Source of the DNA: Eledone cirrhosa | Lineage: Eukaryota | Assembly (NCBI GenBank): GCA_964016885.1 | Contig: OZ024765.1 | Span: 14,074,001-14,138,000 of the forward strand | Length of the DNA stretch: 64,000 nt | Direction of reading: 5' to 3' | The notes under the pieces: model-generated | Databases searched by the model: none | What the model was told of the DNA's origin: nothing | What the model saw: only the letters and a program-made list of their open reading frames with translations | Made by a program: the position numbers and the translations under genes | Shown: in pieces, positions 12,130 through 25,268 of the stretch | Layout of the letters: each line of letters starts with the position of its first letter | How positions within the stretch are numbered: position 1 is the stretch's first letter

Positions 12130-13330
12130 GGGCCACATGGGTCACATGTGTGTTGTCTGAGGGCCACATGGGTCACATGTGTGTTGTCTGAGGGCCACAT
12201 GGGTCACATGTGTGTTGCCTGAGGGCCACATGGGTCACGTGTGTTGCCTGAGGGCTACATGGGTCACATGTCTGTTGTCTGAGGGTCATGTGTGTTGCCT
12301 GAGGGCCACATGCGTCACGTGTGTTGTCTGAGGGTCACATGTCTGTTGTCTGAGAGTCACGTGTGTTGTCTGAGGGCCACATGGGTCACGTGTGTTGTCT
12401 GAGGGTCACATGTATGTTGTCTGAGGGCCACATAGGTCAGATGTGTGTTGCCTGAGGGCCACATGGGTCACGTGTGTTGCCTGAGGGCTACATGGGTCAC
12501 ATGTCTGTTGTCTGAGGGCCACATGGGTCACGTGTGTTGCCTGAGGGCCACATGCGTCACGTGTGTTGTCTGAGAGTCACATGTGTGTTATCTGAGGGCC
12601 ACATGGGTCACGTGTGTTGTCTGAGGGTCACATGTGTGTTGCCTGAGGGCCACATGGGTCACATGTGTGTTGCCTGAGGGCTACATGGGTCACATGTCTG
12701 TTGCCTGAGGGCCACATGTGTCACGTGTGTTGTCTGAGGGTCACATGTCTGTTGTCTGAGAGTCACATGTGTGTTGTCTGAGGGTCACGTGTGTTGTCTG
12801 AGGGTCACATGTATGTTGTCTGAGGGCCACATAGGTCAGATGTGTGTTGCCTGAGGGTCACATGTGTGTTGCCTGAGGGCTACATGGGTCACATGTCTGT
12901 TGTCTGAGGGCCACATGGGTCACGTGTGTTGCCTGAGGGCCACATGGGTCACATGTATGTTGTCTGAGGGCCACATAGGTCAGATGTGTGTTGCCTGAGG
13001 GCCACATGGGTCACATGTGTGTTGCCTGAGGGCTACATGGGTCACATGTCTGTTGTCTGAGGGCCACATGGGTCACGTGTGTTGCCTGAGGGCCACATGC
13101 GTCACGTGTGTTGTCTGAGGGTCACATGTCTGTTGTCTGAGGGCCACATGGGTCACGTGTGTTGTCTGAGGGCCACATGGGTCACATGTATGTTGTCTGA
13201 GGGCCACATAGGTCAGATGTGTGTTGCCTGAGGGCTACATGGGTCACATGTCTGTTGTCTGAGGGCCACATGGGTCACGTGTGTTGTCTGAGGGCCACAT
13301 GGATCACATGTGTTGTCTGAGGGCCACACA
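12130..13330. repeat. ~31-bp minisatellite
   Basis: gagggccacatgggtcacatgtgtgttgtct variants. Confidence 0.9.
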
Positions 13331-13675
13331 TGCCAATTAATTGCGCACATTACAACTAATTTTTTTTTTATATTTTATATTACGAAGATAAAACATGCTC
13401 GTGCTGTAAAAACCTTTGTAAAGGGCCACATGTTTGACATGCCTGATATAAACAATACACACACATAAAGGGTGAACATGAAGTCTTTCCCTCATTATAA
13501 AATGCCATATCTCGGATACTATTTGAGATTTTACTTTTTCATTGTTTTAATTGGGGTTGATTTAATCGATTTTCCCCACAACCCCAAAATTGCTGGCCTT
13601 GTGCCTAAAATAAGAAACCATTATTTACGAGTTGACCCAATACATGTGTAATCATTTTTGAAAATTTCTCTACAG

Positions 13676-14218
13676 GCGATACACTATTTGTGGTGGAGAA
13701 AAAAAGCCGTCAATCCAGCAAGTCCAGTCAGAAGACGTGCCAGTCTCTGAATCTGTTGCAGAAAATGTCACTAAAGATTCCCCTGCCCAGCAGAAGGCTT
13801 CCTCTAACAAACGTCTCCGTTTCTCAACCAGTTCTTTCAAGGATACAAAACCTGATGGCGAAAGCAAAGCTAAAAAACGGCACAGTTTGGCGGCAAGGAG
13901 ACATTCTTACCACTATCGTTATGTTGCCAGCAGGACTGACTCGAATTTTGCAAAGATGAAAGAGGAAGCACGGAAGAAGCGCAAGAGCATGGCACCTGCC
14001 CCCAATGCTTGCGAGTACACTCTACAACCCCATTCGTCGACCGCTGTCAACTATGGCACGCCAAACACAGTGCGGGTACCGTCACTGGTTAAGAAGGCCC
14101 GTAAACGTTGCCTGACTGAGCAGAATGGCAGAACCCCAGTTCAAGAAATGTCAAAGGCATCTGAGAAAAGAAAGCCAGACCCAGCCCTCAGTGAAAAAAG
14201 GAAACATCTTTATAAAAG
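13676..14218 (+). CDS. CKAP2: CKAP2-like exon 3 (basic, low-complexity region)
   Basis: Acceptor ctctacag; in frame with ORF 13737..14276; donor AAAG|GTTTGC, phase 2. Confidence 0.8.
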
Positions 14219-15403
14219 GTTTGCAATCAAATTTTTGGAAACATTAAATTTCTTTTCACCTACGAAGGTCAGCTGAAAATTTCATAGGCTGATTAGGAAG
14301 GAGTGTTGCTAGAGCTGTGAAATCTTAATTTTAACTCTTATTAATAACTGTTGAAGTGCATGGCCTAGTGGTAATTGAGAGATCACAACTCCGATACTAT
14401 GAGCATGTGGTTAGAATGTTAGAAAGCCCTGGGCTTTCCTGATAATTTCTCCTGAATGAAACAGTTCTAGTCCTGTAGAAGCCATTTCTATATTAAATAT
14501 TTATACTCTGCTATGTATTGAGTACTTTACTTACTATGGTTACCCCCGATTGAACCCGGGATAAACATATCTATTTATATATATATATGTGTGTGTGTAT
14601 ATATATATATAGTAACATTTATATATGTTTGATATAATTATGTAGGGTAGTACTGAGTACTAGCCGGTTACCGGTATGACAAAAGGCTCAATGCAAATTT
14701 TCAAGTGTTTTACCGAGCCGGGATACAAAGTGTTAAAACGATCAAATTTTTAGTTTAGAACATTTATTTGCTGACAATTGTTTCTTCCAGAGGGAAGTCT
14801 GGAATCATCAGAGCATAGGGAATGTCGAAACATGTAACTAAAATCCCAGTCATTTAGAACATTTAGGGTACATAGTTGTTATTAGTGTCAAAGGCATCAT
14901 GTGGAGAGTCAGGAGTTAAAAAGATGTTATGCTTGAGAGAACACAATTACAGGCAGCACTGGTTGGAAGTGTAATAGGTATAAGTAAAAGTAAAAAGCAG
15001 AAGCAAAAAAAACGCAGGCAAAGAAGTTATAAGCAAGGACAATTGATGTACATGCAGGAGTCAATACAGTCAATAATGCATGTATGCAGTTGAAATAAAC
15101 ATATTTTGTGTGGGGGTGTTAAAGCAGGTTATATTTGTTATGAACATTTCAGATAGTGGGTAATTTGTTAGAGAGGCATGTGGTGATAATGTAGGTATTT
15201 GTTATGTAAGGTGTAATGTAAAGCACTAGATAGAGTTGGATATGTGATTTTCATTTAAGTGTTTTTGCCTCTAACAAATTGCATGTTCACTTAAAAATAA
15301 TTTTTAAATAATTAAAATATACAGACATGTATATAATGTGAAATGAAACCGGAAGGCCCATATATATATATACGTGTGTGTGTGTATATATATATATATA
15401 TAT

Positions 15404-15743
15404 GGAGGCACATGGCTTAGTGGTTAGAACATTGGCCTTGCAATCAAAAGGTTGTGAGTTCAGTTCTCAGACCAGGTGATGTGTTGTTTCCTTGAGCAAG
15501 ACACTTTATTTCACATTGCTCCAGTTTACTCAGCTGTAGAAATGAGATGATAGGGACTGGGGTCCATAGCATTCCACTGCAAAGTGGTCGTGGAGGTGCC
15601 ACGCCAAAAAAGCACCCAGCACTCACTGTAAATGAGGTTGGTGTTAGGAAGAGCATCCAGCTGTAGAAATCAAGCCAGAATCAGTTCCTGTCTCACCTTT
15701 GCAAGCAGGGAAAAAGCGGACGTAAAATGAAATGATGATGATG
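15404..15743 (+). mobile_element. SINE family A, full length
   Basis: tRNA-like head with A/B boxes through to the (GAT)n tail. Confidence 0.85.
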
Positions 15744-15781
15744 ATATGTGGCTGTCTGTGATCTATATGCACTGGTCATAG

Positions 15782-15816
<35 letters not shown>

Positions 15817-16382
15817 GATATAGATAGAACCAGATAAAACTGAGTAAACTGGAGCAATGTGAAATAAAGTGACTTGCTCAAGGAAACAACACATCCGGTC
15901 TGAGAATTGAACTCACAACCTTTCGATTGCAATGCTCTAACCACTAAGCCATGTGCCTCCATACATATACATACATACATACGAGGTGTGTCGTGTCAGA
16001 AAAGTTCCTGGACTGATGTCACAAAAGATTTATTTCAACAACACCACCAGCTCTCTTCCATTCTCCTTCTCTCTCTTCTCTCTCTCTCCCTCTCTATGTC
16101 TCTCTGATGCCACAAGATTTATTTCACCAACACCACCAGCTCTCTTCTATTGTCCTTCTCGCTCTTCTTTCTCTCTCCCTCTCTATATCTCTCTTTCAAT
16201 CTACTCAGTCAAGCAAGCAATCACAGACTTTTAGTATTATACAGATAGATAGATTACTCAGGTTATATTCAAGTCTGAAACATTAAGAGTCTTCTACTTT
16301 ATTAAGCGTAAAACTAATAATATATTTCTTCATTGTAGTGTGTTGTTTGCTTTGTTATTTTTGCATACATATATATATATAC

Positions 16383-16720
16383 ATCATCATCATCATCATT
16401 TTACGTCCACTTTTACCTGCTTGCAAGAGTGGGACGGAAACTGATTCTGGCTTGATTTCTACAGCTGGATGCCCTTCCTAACACCAACCTCATTTACAGT
16501 GAGAGCTGGGTGCTTTTTTACCGCGGCACCCCCACGACCACTTTGCAGTGGAATGATAGGTACCCCAGTCCCTATCATCTCATTTCTACAGCTGAGTAAA
16601 CTGGAGCAATGTCAAATAAAGTGTCTTGCTCAAGGAAACAACAAATCATCCGGTCTGAGAATTGAACTCACAACCTTTCAATTGCAAGGCCAATGCTCTA
16701 ACCACTAAGCCATGTGCCTC
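16383..16720 (-). mobile_element. SINE family A, full length
   Basis: Reverse complement of 15404-15743. Confidence 0.85.
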
Positions 16721-16748
16721 CATACATATACATACGTATACATACATA

Positions 16749-16913
16749 CGAGGTGAGTCAGAAAAGTTCCAGGACTGATGTCACAAAAGATTTATTTCAA
16801 ACCCAAACTTCACACTAAGAGTTGTCTCCTTCAAAGTAATCCCCCTGGAGTCTAATGCACTTTTCCATCCTTTTCTGCCACACTTGCATGCAGTCCTTTT
16901 CTGATGCACCTCG
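16749..16913. mobile_element. Mariner-derived MITE
   Basis: TA|CGAGGTG.GTCAGAAAAG...CTTTTCTGATGCACCTCG|TA; same family as 26654-27542. Confidence 0.8.
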
Positions 16914-16969
16914 TACATATATGCACCTTACAAACCTATGTACTAATGTTATATTTTTTGAAATTTCAG

Positions 16970-17000
16970 TAAAGACACTATCAGTTCACTGGCAAAGAAG
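16970..17000 (+). CDS. CKAP2: CKAP2-like exon 4 (31-nt microexon)
   Basis: tttcag|T AAA GAC ACT ATC AGT TCA CTG GCA AAG AAG|gtcagt; it converts phase 2 to the phase 0 needed by exon 5. Confidence 0.65.
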
Positions 17001-17049
17001 GTCAGTCAGTGTATTTTTATCTCTCTTAAATATATGTATGTGTGTGTGT

Positions 17050-17510
17050 CATCATCATCATTATCATTATCGTTTAACGTCCATCTTCTACGCTAGCATG
17101 GGTTAGACGGGAGTTGTCCCACTTGAGGCAAGATTGGTCAGGTGACCGTGTCTCACTCGTATAGGACTATCTGGCAGGTTTTCTACGGCTGGATGCCCTT
17201 CTTAACACCAACCATTGGATTGGGAACTTTTTACCGTGTTACCTACACGGCCACATTACAGCGTGGACTGTGTGTTTTGTTGTCGTGACACCTACACGAC
17301 CTCATTTATTTAGGACTGGATGTTGTGGCACCAACATAACTTTATAGTGAAAGGGTGGTGTTGGTGGGAATGGAAGGATGGAGTAGGGGTAGTGGGTTGG
17401 GGTGTGTTTGGTTTGGATGGGCCTACTGACTGTAGGTTAACTTTGCACATAGGGAAGGCGGGTCTTCTGTATTACTGCATGGCGCCAAAGATCTCGATCC
17501 AGTGACATTG
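17050..17510 (-). mobile_element. RTE LINE 3' UTR fragment
   Basis: Same 3' UTR as 2590-3030. Similar fragments at 21473-22145, 26015-26285, 32045-32645, 33530-33830(+), 36340-36725(+) and 45890-46805. Confidence 0.8.
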
Positions 17511-17574
17511 TGTGTGTATATATATATAAAGAACTATGTATGTTTAATTGGCCTCCCAGTGGGGGCGGGGCATA

Positions 17575-17619
<45 letters not shown>

Positions 17620-17800
17620 AGTGCCGGCGCCCGACACTTTATAATATAGCCACCCCAAGTATCGAGTACTCTGTTGGGTAATGGTCTTACTAGTTTTATC
17701 TGGTTCTATCCTGATATATGTATATTGCAGACTTGTTATAGTTGTATGTTTTGTTTTTTAATATATCAGTGCCTCTCAATTTTCCATTTTATTCTCACAG

Positions 17801-17929
17801 CGTAAGTCCATCTTGGTCAGTGTCAAATCAGAGACCCCAAAAGCTGCCCCTACTAAAGATACAGAGCAACAACAGAGTATAGCTCAGCTGAAATCTGTCA
17901 TTGACGAATGTACCATACTTTTGGAATCA
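17801..17929 (+). CDS. CKAP2: CKAP2-like exon 5
   Basis: RKSILVSVKSETPK...QLKSVIDECTILLES; cag acceptor, GTAAGA donor. Confidence 0.85.
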
Positions 17930-17994
17930 GTAAGAACTCCCTTAAGTTTACTATTTGTATGTTTGGGTATTTGACCCCTTTTTGATTAGACCTT

Positions 17995-18650
17995 AAGCAG
18001 ACATTCTTGAAAAGTATAAAATAGCACTGCACTATGACTACATCACATTGAGTAATAAGTCTTTACTCTAATAATACAAATTTCCAAAACAATCTGTCCA
18101 CCAGTAAAGTTACTGTAAACATTTGAATTAACAAACCACATTAGCAAGACATTCTTGAAAAGTACAAAACAACACTATGACTACATCACATTAAATATTA
18201 AAGTCTTTACTGTAATATTGTAAATTTTCACAACAATCTGTCCTCCAGTAAAGATACTATAAACATTTAGCACAAAACAACATTATGACTACATCACATT
18301 AAATATTAGTCTTTGCTGTAAATTGTCCCAACAATCTGTCTACCAGTAAAGATACTATAAACATTTAGTACAAAACAACACTGACTACATCACATTGAAT
18401 ATTAAAGTCTTTACTGTAATACTGTAAATTTTCACAATATGTCCACCAGTAAAGATACTATAAACATTTAGTACAAAACAACACTATGACTACATCACAT
18501 TAAATATTAAAGTCTTTACTGTAATACTGTAAATATTCAAAACAATCTGTCCACCAGTAAAGATACTATAAACATTTAGTACAAAACAACACTACGACTA
18601 CATCACATTAAATATTAGATATTGTAGATTTTCACAACAATCTGCCCGCT
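17995..18650. repeat. ~95-100-bp tandem repeat in CKAP2 intron 5
   Basis: acaaaacaacactatgactacatcacattaaatattaaagtctttactgtaat...ccagtaaagatactataaacattt units. Confidence 0.8.
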
Positions 18651-18753
18651 AATAAAAGTACCTCTAAACGTTTGAATTAACAAACCTACTTGTGGGTATT
18701 TTTCTGCCAAATCATTACAGGATGTTAAGTTTTAAATGTTCTATTTTCGCAAG

Positions 18754-18924
18754 GGTTGCCCTACTAGTCAGATTTTACCTTGGCTTGAAGAAATTCAGCA
18801 GAAAATACCCCTGAGCTTTCAGTCAGCAGATTTCTGGGTACTGAAGGCTCGGGTTCACTTGCAGTTGAAAGATGTCGACCAACTTTTTGAAGTGTTTGGC
18901 AATGCTATGAAGTACAAGGCAAAG
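18754..18924 (+). CDS. CKAP2: CKAP2-like exon 6 (CKAP2_C helical domain)
   Basis: GCPTSQILPWLEEIQQKIP...ADFWVLKARV...FEVFGNAMKYKAK resembles the CKAP2 EC..L..GCP...IP....YW...AR motif; donor GTGAGT. Confidence 0.85.
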
Positions 18925-19184
18925 GTGAGTGAATGTGTGTGTGTGTAAGGCTATAATTTTATGTGTGAGTGTGTAAGGCTATAATTTTATGTGTGTGTGT
19001 GTGTAAGGCTATAATTTTATGTGTGTGTATAAGGCTTTAATTTTTGCGTATGTATAAGGCTATACTTTTATGTGTGTGCATGTGTATAAAGCTATTTTAT
19101 GTGTGTGTGTATACGGCTATAATTTTAAGTATGTCCTTGTGTGTGTGTGCGTGTGTGAGAGAGAGAAAGAGACCATCACTGCAA

Positions 19185-19835
19185 TTATCATCACCATTTC
19201 CATCATTACTTCCATCGTCATCACTATCATCACCACCACCACCGTCCCCACCACCATCATCGTCATCGCCGCAACCATCGCTACTACCGTCCCCACCACC
19301 ATCATCGTCATCACCGCCACCATCGCTACCATAGTCATCATCGCTACCACTGTCCCCCACCATCATCGTCATCATCGCTACCACCGTCCCCACCACCATC
19401 ATCGTCATCATCGCTACCACCGTCCCCACCACCATCATCGTCATCGCCGCAACCATCGCTACTACCGTCCCCACCACCATCATCGTCATCACCGCCACCA
19501 TCGCTACCATAGTCATCATCGCTACCACTGTCCCCCACCATCATCGTCATCATCGCTACCACCGTCCCCACCACCATCATCGTCATCATCGCTACCACCG
19601 TCCCCACCACCATCATCGTCATCGCCGCCACCATCGCTACTACCGTCCCCACCACCATCATCGTCATCACCGCCACCATCGCTACCATAGTCATCATCGC
19701 TACCACTGTCCCCCACCATCATCGTCATCATCGCTACCACCGTCCCCACCACCATCATCGTCATCATCACCACCACCATCGCTACCACCGTCCCCACCAC
19801 CACCACCACCATCATCATCATCACCACCACCACCT
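19185..19835. repeat. (CAT/CAC)n-derived higher-order repeat
   Basis: ccaccatcatcgtcatcatcgctaccaccgtcc units; source of several spurious ORFs. Confidence 0.85.
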
Positions 19836-20012
19836 ACATTTCTTTTTAATTTATGTACTTATTGTTTTCCTTCTTTTTTTCCTTTCTTCTACCCTCAACC
19901 ACCCGTTACCTCTCCCCTCCCTCCACCTCACACTTCCCCGCCACCATCACCTCTCCCTTCCCTCCTACCTCACACTTCTCCGTCCGTCCGTCCGTCCGTC
20001 CGTCCACCACAG

Positions 20013-20374
20013 CCTGCCTCTGTAATCACCGACACGCTGCCCAACATGATCAAGGATCTGGTGTCGGCCAACAAGAAGGAAGAAGCTGCAGCCTGGCTGC
20101 TGCACTCCGCCGCTGCCACGACACCTCCACCTTACAGCGGCAACATCCCCTACACACCTTCACAGACCCCTTTCAATATGGGCTCCACTCGGCGGCTGGA
20201 CAACATCGTGTATGCCGACACACCCATGCCGGGCACCACCCCACGGGGTCACCGCTTGAGGTCAAATGCTGACACCCCGTTGCTGGATACCACCCCACAA
20301 GGTCTCCGCTTGAGATCAAGTAATTCAGTGAACATCAAATATTTGGTACAGAAGTCGACTCCATTCAAACAAAG
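20013..20374 (+). CDS. CKAP2: CKAP2-like exon 7
   Basis: PASVITDTLPNMIKDL...SVNIKYLVQKSTPFKQ, TP-rich; donor GTAAGT, phase 2. Confidence 0.85.
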
Positions 20375-22145
20375 GTAAGTTTGTCTTGATACTCTTCTCA
20401 TTGGCAGCAAAATCAGTAGAGCGTCGAACAACATGCTCTGTGGCATATAGTAACGGCCTTTTACTTTCTGAGTTCGAATATCGCCACGGTTAACTTTACC
20501 TTTCATCCTTACAGTTAGAACAGATATAATTGTTTCTACTTTTGGCACAAGGCCAGCAATTATCCCAGTGCATTACTGGTACTTTATTTTATCGACCCCG
20601 TAAGGATGAAAGGCAAAGTTAAGCTCGGCGGGATTTGAACTCAGAATGGCAAGGGCCGTAACTCTCTGTGTCAAGGCATGGCGTCCACCACTCTATCGAT
20701 ATTGCCAATGCAGTTGGGTCTATAGCAAAATACTAGTGTGTATGAATGTAACAAAGACGAAGTGGTTTGTGTGTATAATATTTAATAAACAATATGTGGA
20801 TATATAGAACAGTATAAGTGACAAGTCAATGAATAGATGAGAGAATGAAACAAAGTTATTAGTTACCGCTTGGTTGCCAGGGTGACACACGCCTGAGCGA
20901 AGACTCCTGGCGAAAGCCAGGAGGCGCCTGACCAAAAAGGCGAATGAGAGATAGAGAGCTTAACGTTGTTAGTTTTATAGGGTTCTGACCGGAAGTTACA
21001 GAAAGGGTTCTACCTCCTGTCTAGAGACCGTTAATCTATTGGGGTTGTGAGGTTCACAACAAGGGAGGCAACTCCTGCTACAGGTCATTTGGAGAGGTGA
21101 TAGGCGTCAAGAAATTTAGAACTAGGCAAATCAGAATGGGTGGATGGTAAATAGTTTATGCATTGCCCGTAAGTAAGAGATAGCGGACGACAGATAGACA
21201 TGATTCGAAATCCGTGATGCGTGAACACGTCTGTCTACAATGTGTGATATGTTGTGCTCAGTTCTCTTTCCCTCCTACCCAGGAAAATCTAGTGCAGAAA
21301 AAATGCAATTCCTGTGGTGCCTGCATGCCATGATGATGTCAGATTTGAGGTTAACTGAATTATTTTTTAATCTTACTATCTCCTTGGCTTCCGCCACACA
21401 TAGCTTGCATCACCCATCACCCATGGAATACACAACCGCACGTTGCACTATACTCCAGTGGAGCTTGTAGCCATCATCATCATCATCATCGTTTAACGTC
21501 TATCTTCCACGCTAACATGGGTTAGACGTGAATTGTCCCATTTTTGGCAAGGTTGGTCAAGTGACCGTGTCTCGCTCGTATAGGATTGTCTGGCAGGTTT
21601 TCTACGGCTGGATGCCCTTCCTAACACCAACCACGTTTACAGTGTGGACTGGGAGCTTTTTACCGTGTTACCTACATGACCACATTACAGCGTGGACTAT
21701 TTTTTTTTTCATTTTTTTTGTCATGACACCTACACAACCTCATTAGTTTGAACTGGATGTTGTGATACCAACATAACTTTATAGAGAAAGGGTGGTGTTG
21801 GCTGGAGTAGGGGTAGTGGGTTGGGGTGTATGTTTGGTTAACCTATTAACTGTGGGTTAACTTTGCACGTAGGGAAGGTGGGTCTTCTGTATTATTGCAT
21901 GGCGCCAAAGATCTCGATCCAGAGACATTGTCTTAGAGAGGTGCAAGTGTGCAAGGTCGGAATTTATCAAGTCCCAGGATTTCTGGGTATACCTACTCCG
22001 TCACTACCATAAATTTTGATCGCCCTGCAATTTTTTATTCAGTTGTCTTTCATGCGCATCATGTGACCATATTAACGTAATTTTCTCTCAAGTAAACAGC
22101 ATCTGATCCCTCTTATTCCTAATTTCTCATTTAGTTCATTTATGT

Positions 22146-22331
22146 TTAGCTATCTTTCAGTCCCCAGATTAAGTCCACCAGGGTAGTGGAGTCTTTCTTA
22201 GTCCGGTCCTTGAACGAATTTGTGTGGTTGTACATCCTCGATTTAAAGGTCGTGGATGTTGCACCGATGTAGTTGTGCCTTCTGTTACGTGTCTCAACCA
22301 CGCATTTGTACACAATGTTTTGAGGGCACAC
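22146..22331 (-). mobile_element. Penelope-like GIY-YIG endonuclease fragment
   Basis: NIVYKC...YIGATSTTFKSRMYNHTNSFK...STTL...IWGLK. Confidence 0.8.
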
Positions 22332-22846
22332 ACACCCACTGAAAATTTTCTCCCTTCGATTTATATGAAATTTAAACCATAGGTAAATAACAAGATATGA
22401 TGCCTATTCATAAAATTTCAGCAAATTTCAATAATTTTAAGACACCCTAATGGGGGTAAACCCTCTACAGTGAAAATTTTGGAAACCCGTAACTTGAGTA
22501 TTGGAACCTCTATTATCACAGAGTTTTTCTATTAATTAAACGTAAATCAACAAAAAAAAAGCACCTCTCTTTTATAGTAAAACTTGGTTAATTTGGACAT
22601 TTTATCTATGGCAAAACATCACTAGAATTATGACAACAAAAATTATTAGTTAATGCCTCTCCTTTTTTAACATTTTCCCTTTATTTTTTCTCCATTAATT
22701 ATATCACTGATTTAAAATCAATCATCATTTTCTTACCAGCAAGGCGCAGGTAATTCAGCTAGTATATATATATATATATATTATATTTCACTATCTCTGT
22801 CATACAACCATTACTTTATAAACTCTCTCTCTTTTCTCTTACTAAG

Positions 22847-23027
22847 GGCCAGCACACATGAAGAGGAATCCCTTCTTATAACCCCAGTACGAAGGACGAT
22901 TCGTAAAAGTGTCACCTCGGCAAGGAAGCTACAGCTGGACGTGATCATTGATTCTCTAGATGATCTCACAGTCAATGAGAAGAAGAATGCCTTGTATCGA
23001 GACAATCCGGCCATACTCTCTGACTGA
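22847..23027 (+). CDS. CKAP2: CKAP2-like exon 8 (terminal)
   Basis: ...LLITPVRRTIR...IDSLDDL...LYRDNPAILSD*, matching the CKAP2 C-terminal TPVRRS.R...SL..L...N.AL motif. Total CDS 1527 nt. Confidence 0.85.
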
Positions 23028-23079
23028 CCGACACATCGTCACTACAAATAATTTCTCTTTCTAGCTGTATCCTTTGACC

Positions 23080-23790
23080 ACCTCTCTTTGTCTTCCTGCT
23101 TCTTTAATTTGTTGAAGGGTGGTCAATGGCCACTGAATTTCTTTAACTGACCACATTGTCTCAGATTGTCTGTAGAATGGATGGTCACTGGATCTTGCTA
23201 AATGACCACTCATCCCAGTTTGTTTCTCCATCTCTCTGTCTACAGTTCCCTGTAAGACGGTCAATCCAAAGCCACTGAATCTCTTTAACTGACCACACCA
23301 TCTCAGATTGTCTATAGGACAGATGGTCATTGCAAGGTCACTGAATCTTAACTGACCACACCATCTCAGATTGTCTGTAGGACAGATGGTCATTGCAAGT
23401 CCACTGTATCTTAACTGACCACACCATCTCAGATTGTCTGTAGGACAGATGGTCATTGCAAGGTCACTGTATCTTAACTGACCACACCATCTCAGATTGT
23501 CTGTAAGACAGATGGTCATTGCAAGGCCACTGTATCTTAACTGACCATACCATCTCACCTTGTATGTCCACCTCTCTCCCTCTGTCCACAGTTGCCTGTA
23601 GGTTGGTCAATCCAAGGCCACTGAATCTTGTTAAATAACCACACTGTCTCAGATTGTATGTCCACCTCTTGCAAGACCACTGTATCTTGTTAAATGACAC
23701 CTCACCATATTTGTCTGTCCACAGTTCCCTGTAGAATGGATGGTCACTGCAAGACCACTGTATCTTGTTAAATGACACTTCACCATCTCT
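23080..23790 (-). repeat. ~66-bp tandem repeat derived from an RTE C-terminus, directly after the CKAP2 stop
   Basis: Units translate as LRWCGQL.R.SGLA.TI.QGTV, the RTE LRWFGH..R..GLAKTILQG motif. Confidence 0.7.
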
Positions 23791-24428
23791 GCTTTCTTTT
23801 CTTTACCTCGCTAAGATCTTCACGAAGGCCAGTGTGATATATTGATTTGTGGACCTACTTATATGTGATATGGTCTGTGTATGTATGTATGAGATACCCA
23901 GTGGTATGGTGGTATCATTTCCTTTCCAATATCTCTGTCTTCACAGTGAGGGTCTGTCTTATGTGATATAGTCTATGATCGACCCTCTAAAATCCCAAAC
24001 GGGGAGTACTATGAAAATAAGTGCCCCGAAATGAGGCAAAATAGAGATTTTACATAATAAAAGCTATACCTATTTTCACAAGCGTTCTGCTATGTGTAAG
24101 ATTTTGTGGTATCATCTCATTTCTAGTGCCTGTATCTTTATCTCTGTCTCTGCGGTGTTTCACCAAATCTCGTGTTTTCACATTCACACAAGCAATAAAA
24201 GTTGAGAAGAACAAACAACCCCAAAATCTTTCATATAAAAATCACCTGTTTTATTATTTAAAAAAAAATTAAATCTCCCCAAATCTCATGTTTTCATATA
24301 AATCACCTAATATATAGAATATATATAATAAATAAATATAATAAATAGAGGAATGTAAATGCTAAAGGGTTTAAGATACAAAAATAGGCAAGAATTGACT
24401 TTTGGCCCACTCTGTATGCGTATGTATG

Positions 24429-24465
<37 letters not shown>

Positions 24466-24645
24466 GGTTTCTATGGGACTAGAACTGTTTAATTCAGAGG
24501 AAATCATCAGGAAAGCCTTGATGATTTGCTTCGAATGAAACAGTTCTAGTCCTGTAGAAGCCATTTCTATATTAGATTTTGTATATACTCTACTAATATA
24601 TTGAGTACCCCTGATTGAACCTGGGACTCACATATATATGTAAAT

Positions 24646-24700
<55 letters not shown>

Positions 24701-24722
24701 CATACATATATACATACGCATG

Positions 24723-25268
24723 CAGAGTGGGCCAAAAGTCAATTCTTGCCTATTTTTGATTCTTAAACCCTTTAGCATTTACATTCCTCTATTTATATAC
24801 CATTGTATTTTAACGTTAAACACTTTATCTCACATAATAACGAATATGAAATTTTGATATTGTGAATTGGCAGTATCGGTAGAGGGTCGGACGCCATGCT
24901 TTGACGCATAGAGTTATGGCCCTTGCCATTCAGAGTTCAAATCCCGCCGAGGTTAACTTTGCCTTTCATCCTTACGGGGTCGATAAAATAAAGTACCAGT
25001 AATGTACTGGGTAATTGCTGGCCTTGTGCCAATAGTAGAAACAATTATTTATTTTGAGAACAATACCTTAACATCAGTATGAGTAGTTAGTTACAGCCAG
25101 TTTGAACAGCAAGAGATGAGGGGGATTCTGGCTGGATATGGCCGGTTTAAATGCTAAAGGGTTAAACTAAATTTCATAATGGGATCTTGTTTTTATTCGA
25201 CTTTAATCTGAAAGTTAAAAAAAAATATGAATTTTTTTTAATAGGAAGTGGCTTTTGGCCCACCCTCT
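24723..25268. mobile_element. Tc1/mariner-type MITE with nested piggyBac MITE and SINE B
   Basis: TIRs cagagtgggccaaaagtc / ggcttttggcccaccctc. Confidence 0.6.

Noticed and set aside
14791-14833. Possible extra CKAP2 exon after ttcttccag
   Set aside because: It has an in-frame TAG in the required phase; the 16970-17000 microexon fits instead.
15404-15475. tRNA-like sequence
   Set aside because: It is the head of SINE family A and continues into SINE body and tail.
20890-20950. Possible HDV-like ribozyme (GGCGAATG)
   Set aside because: I could not find P1/P2/P3 pairing partners.
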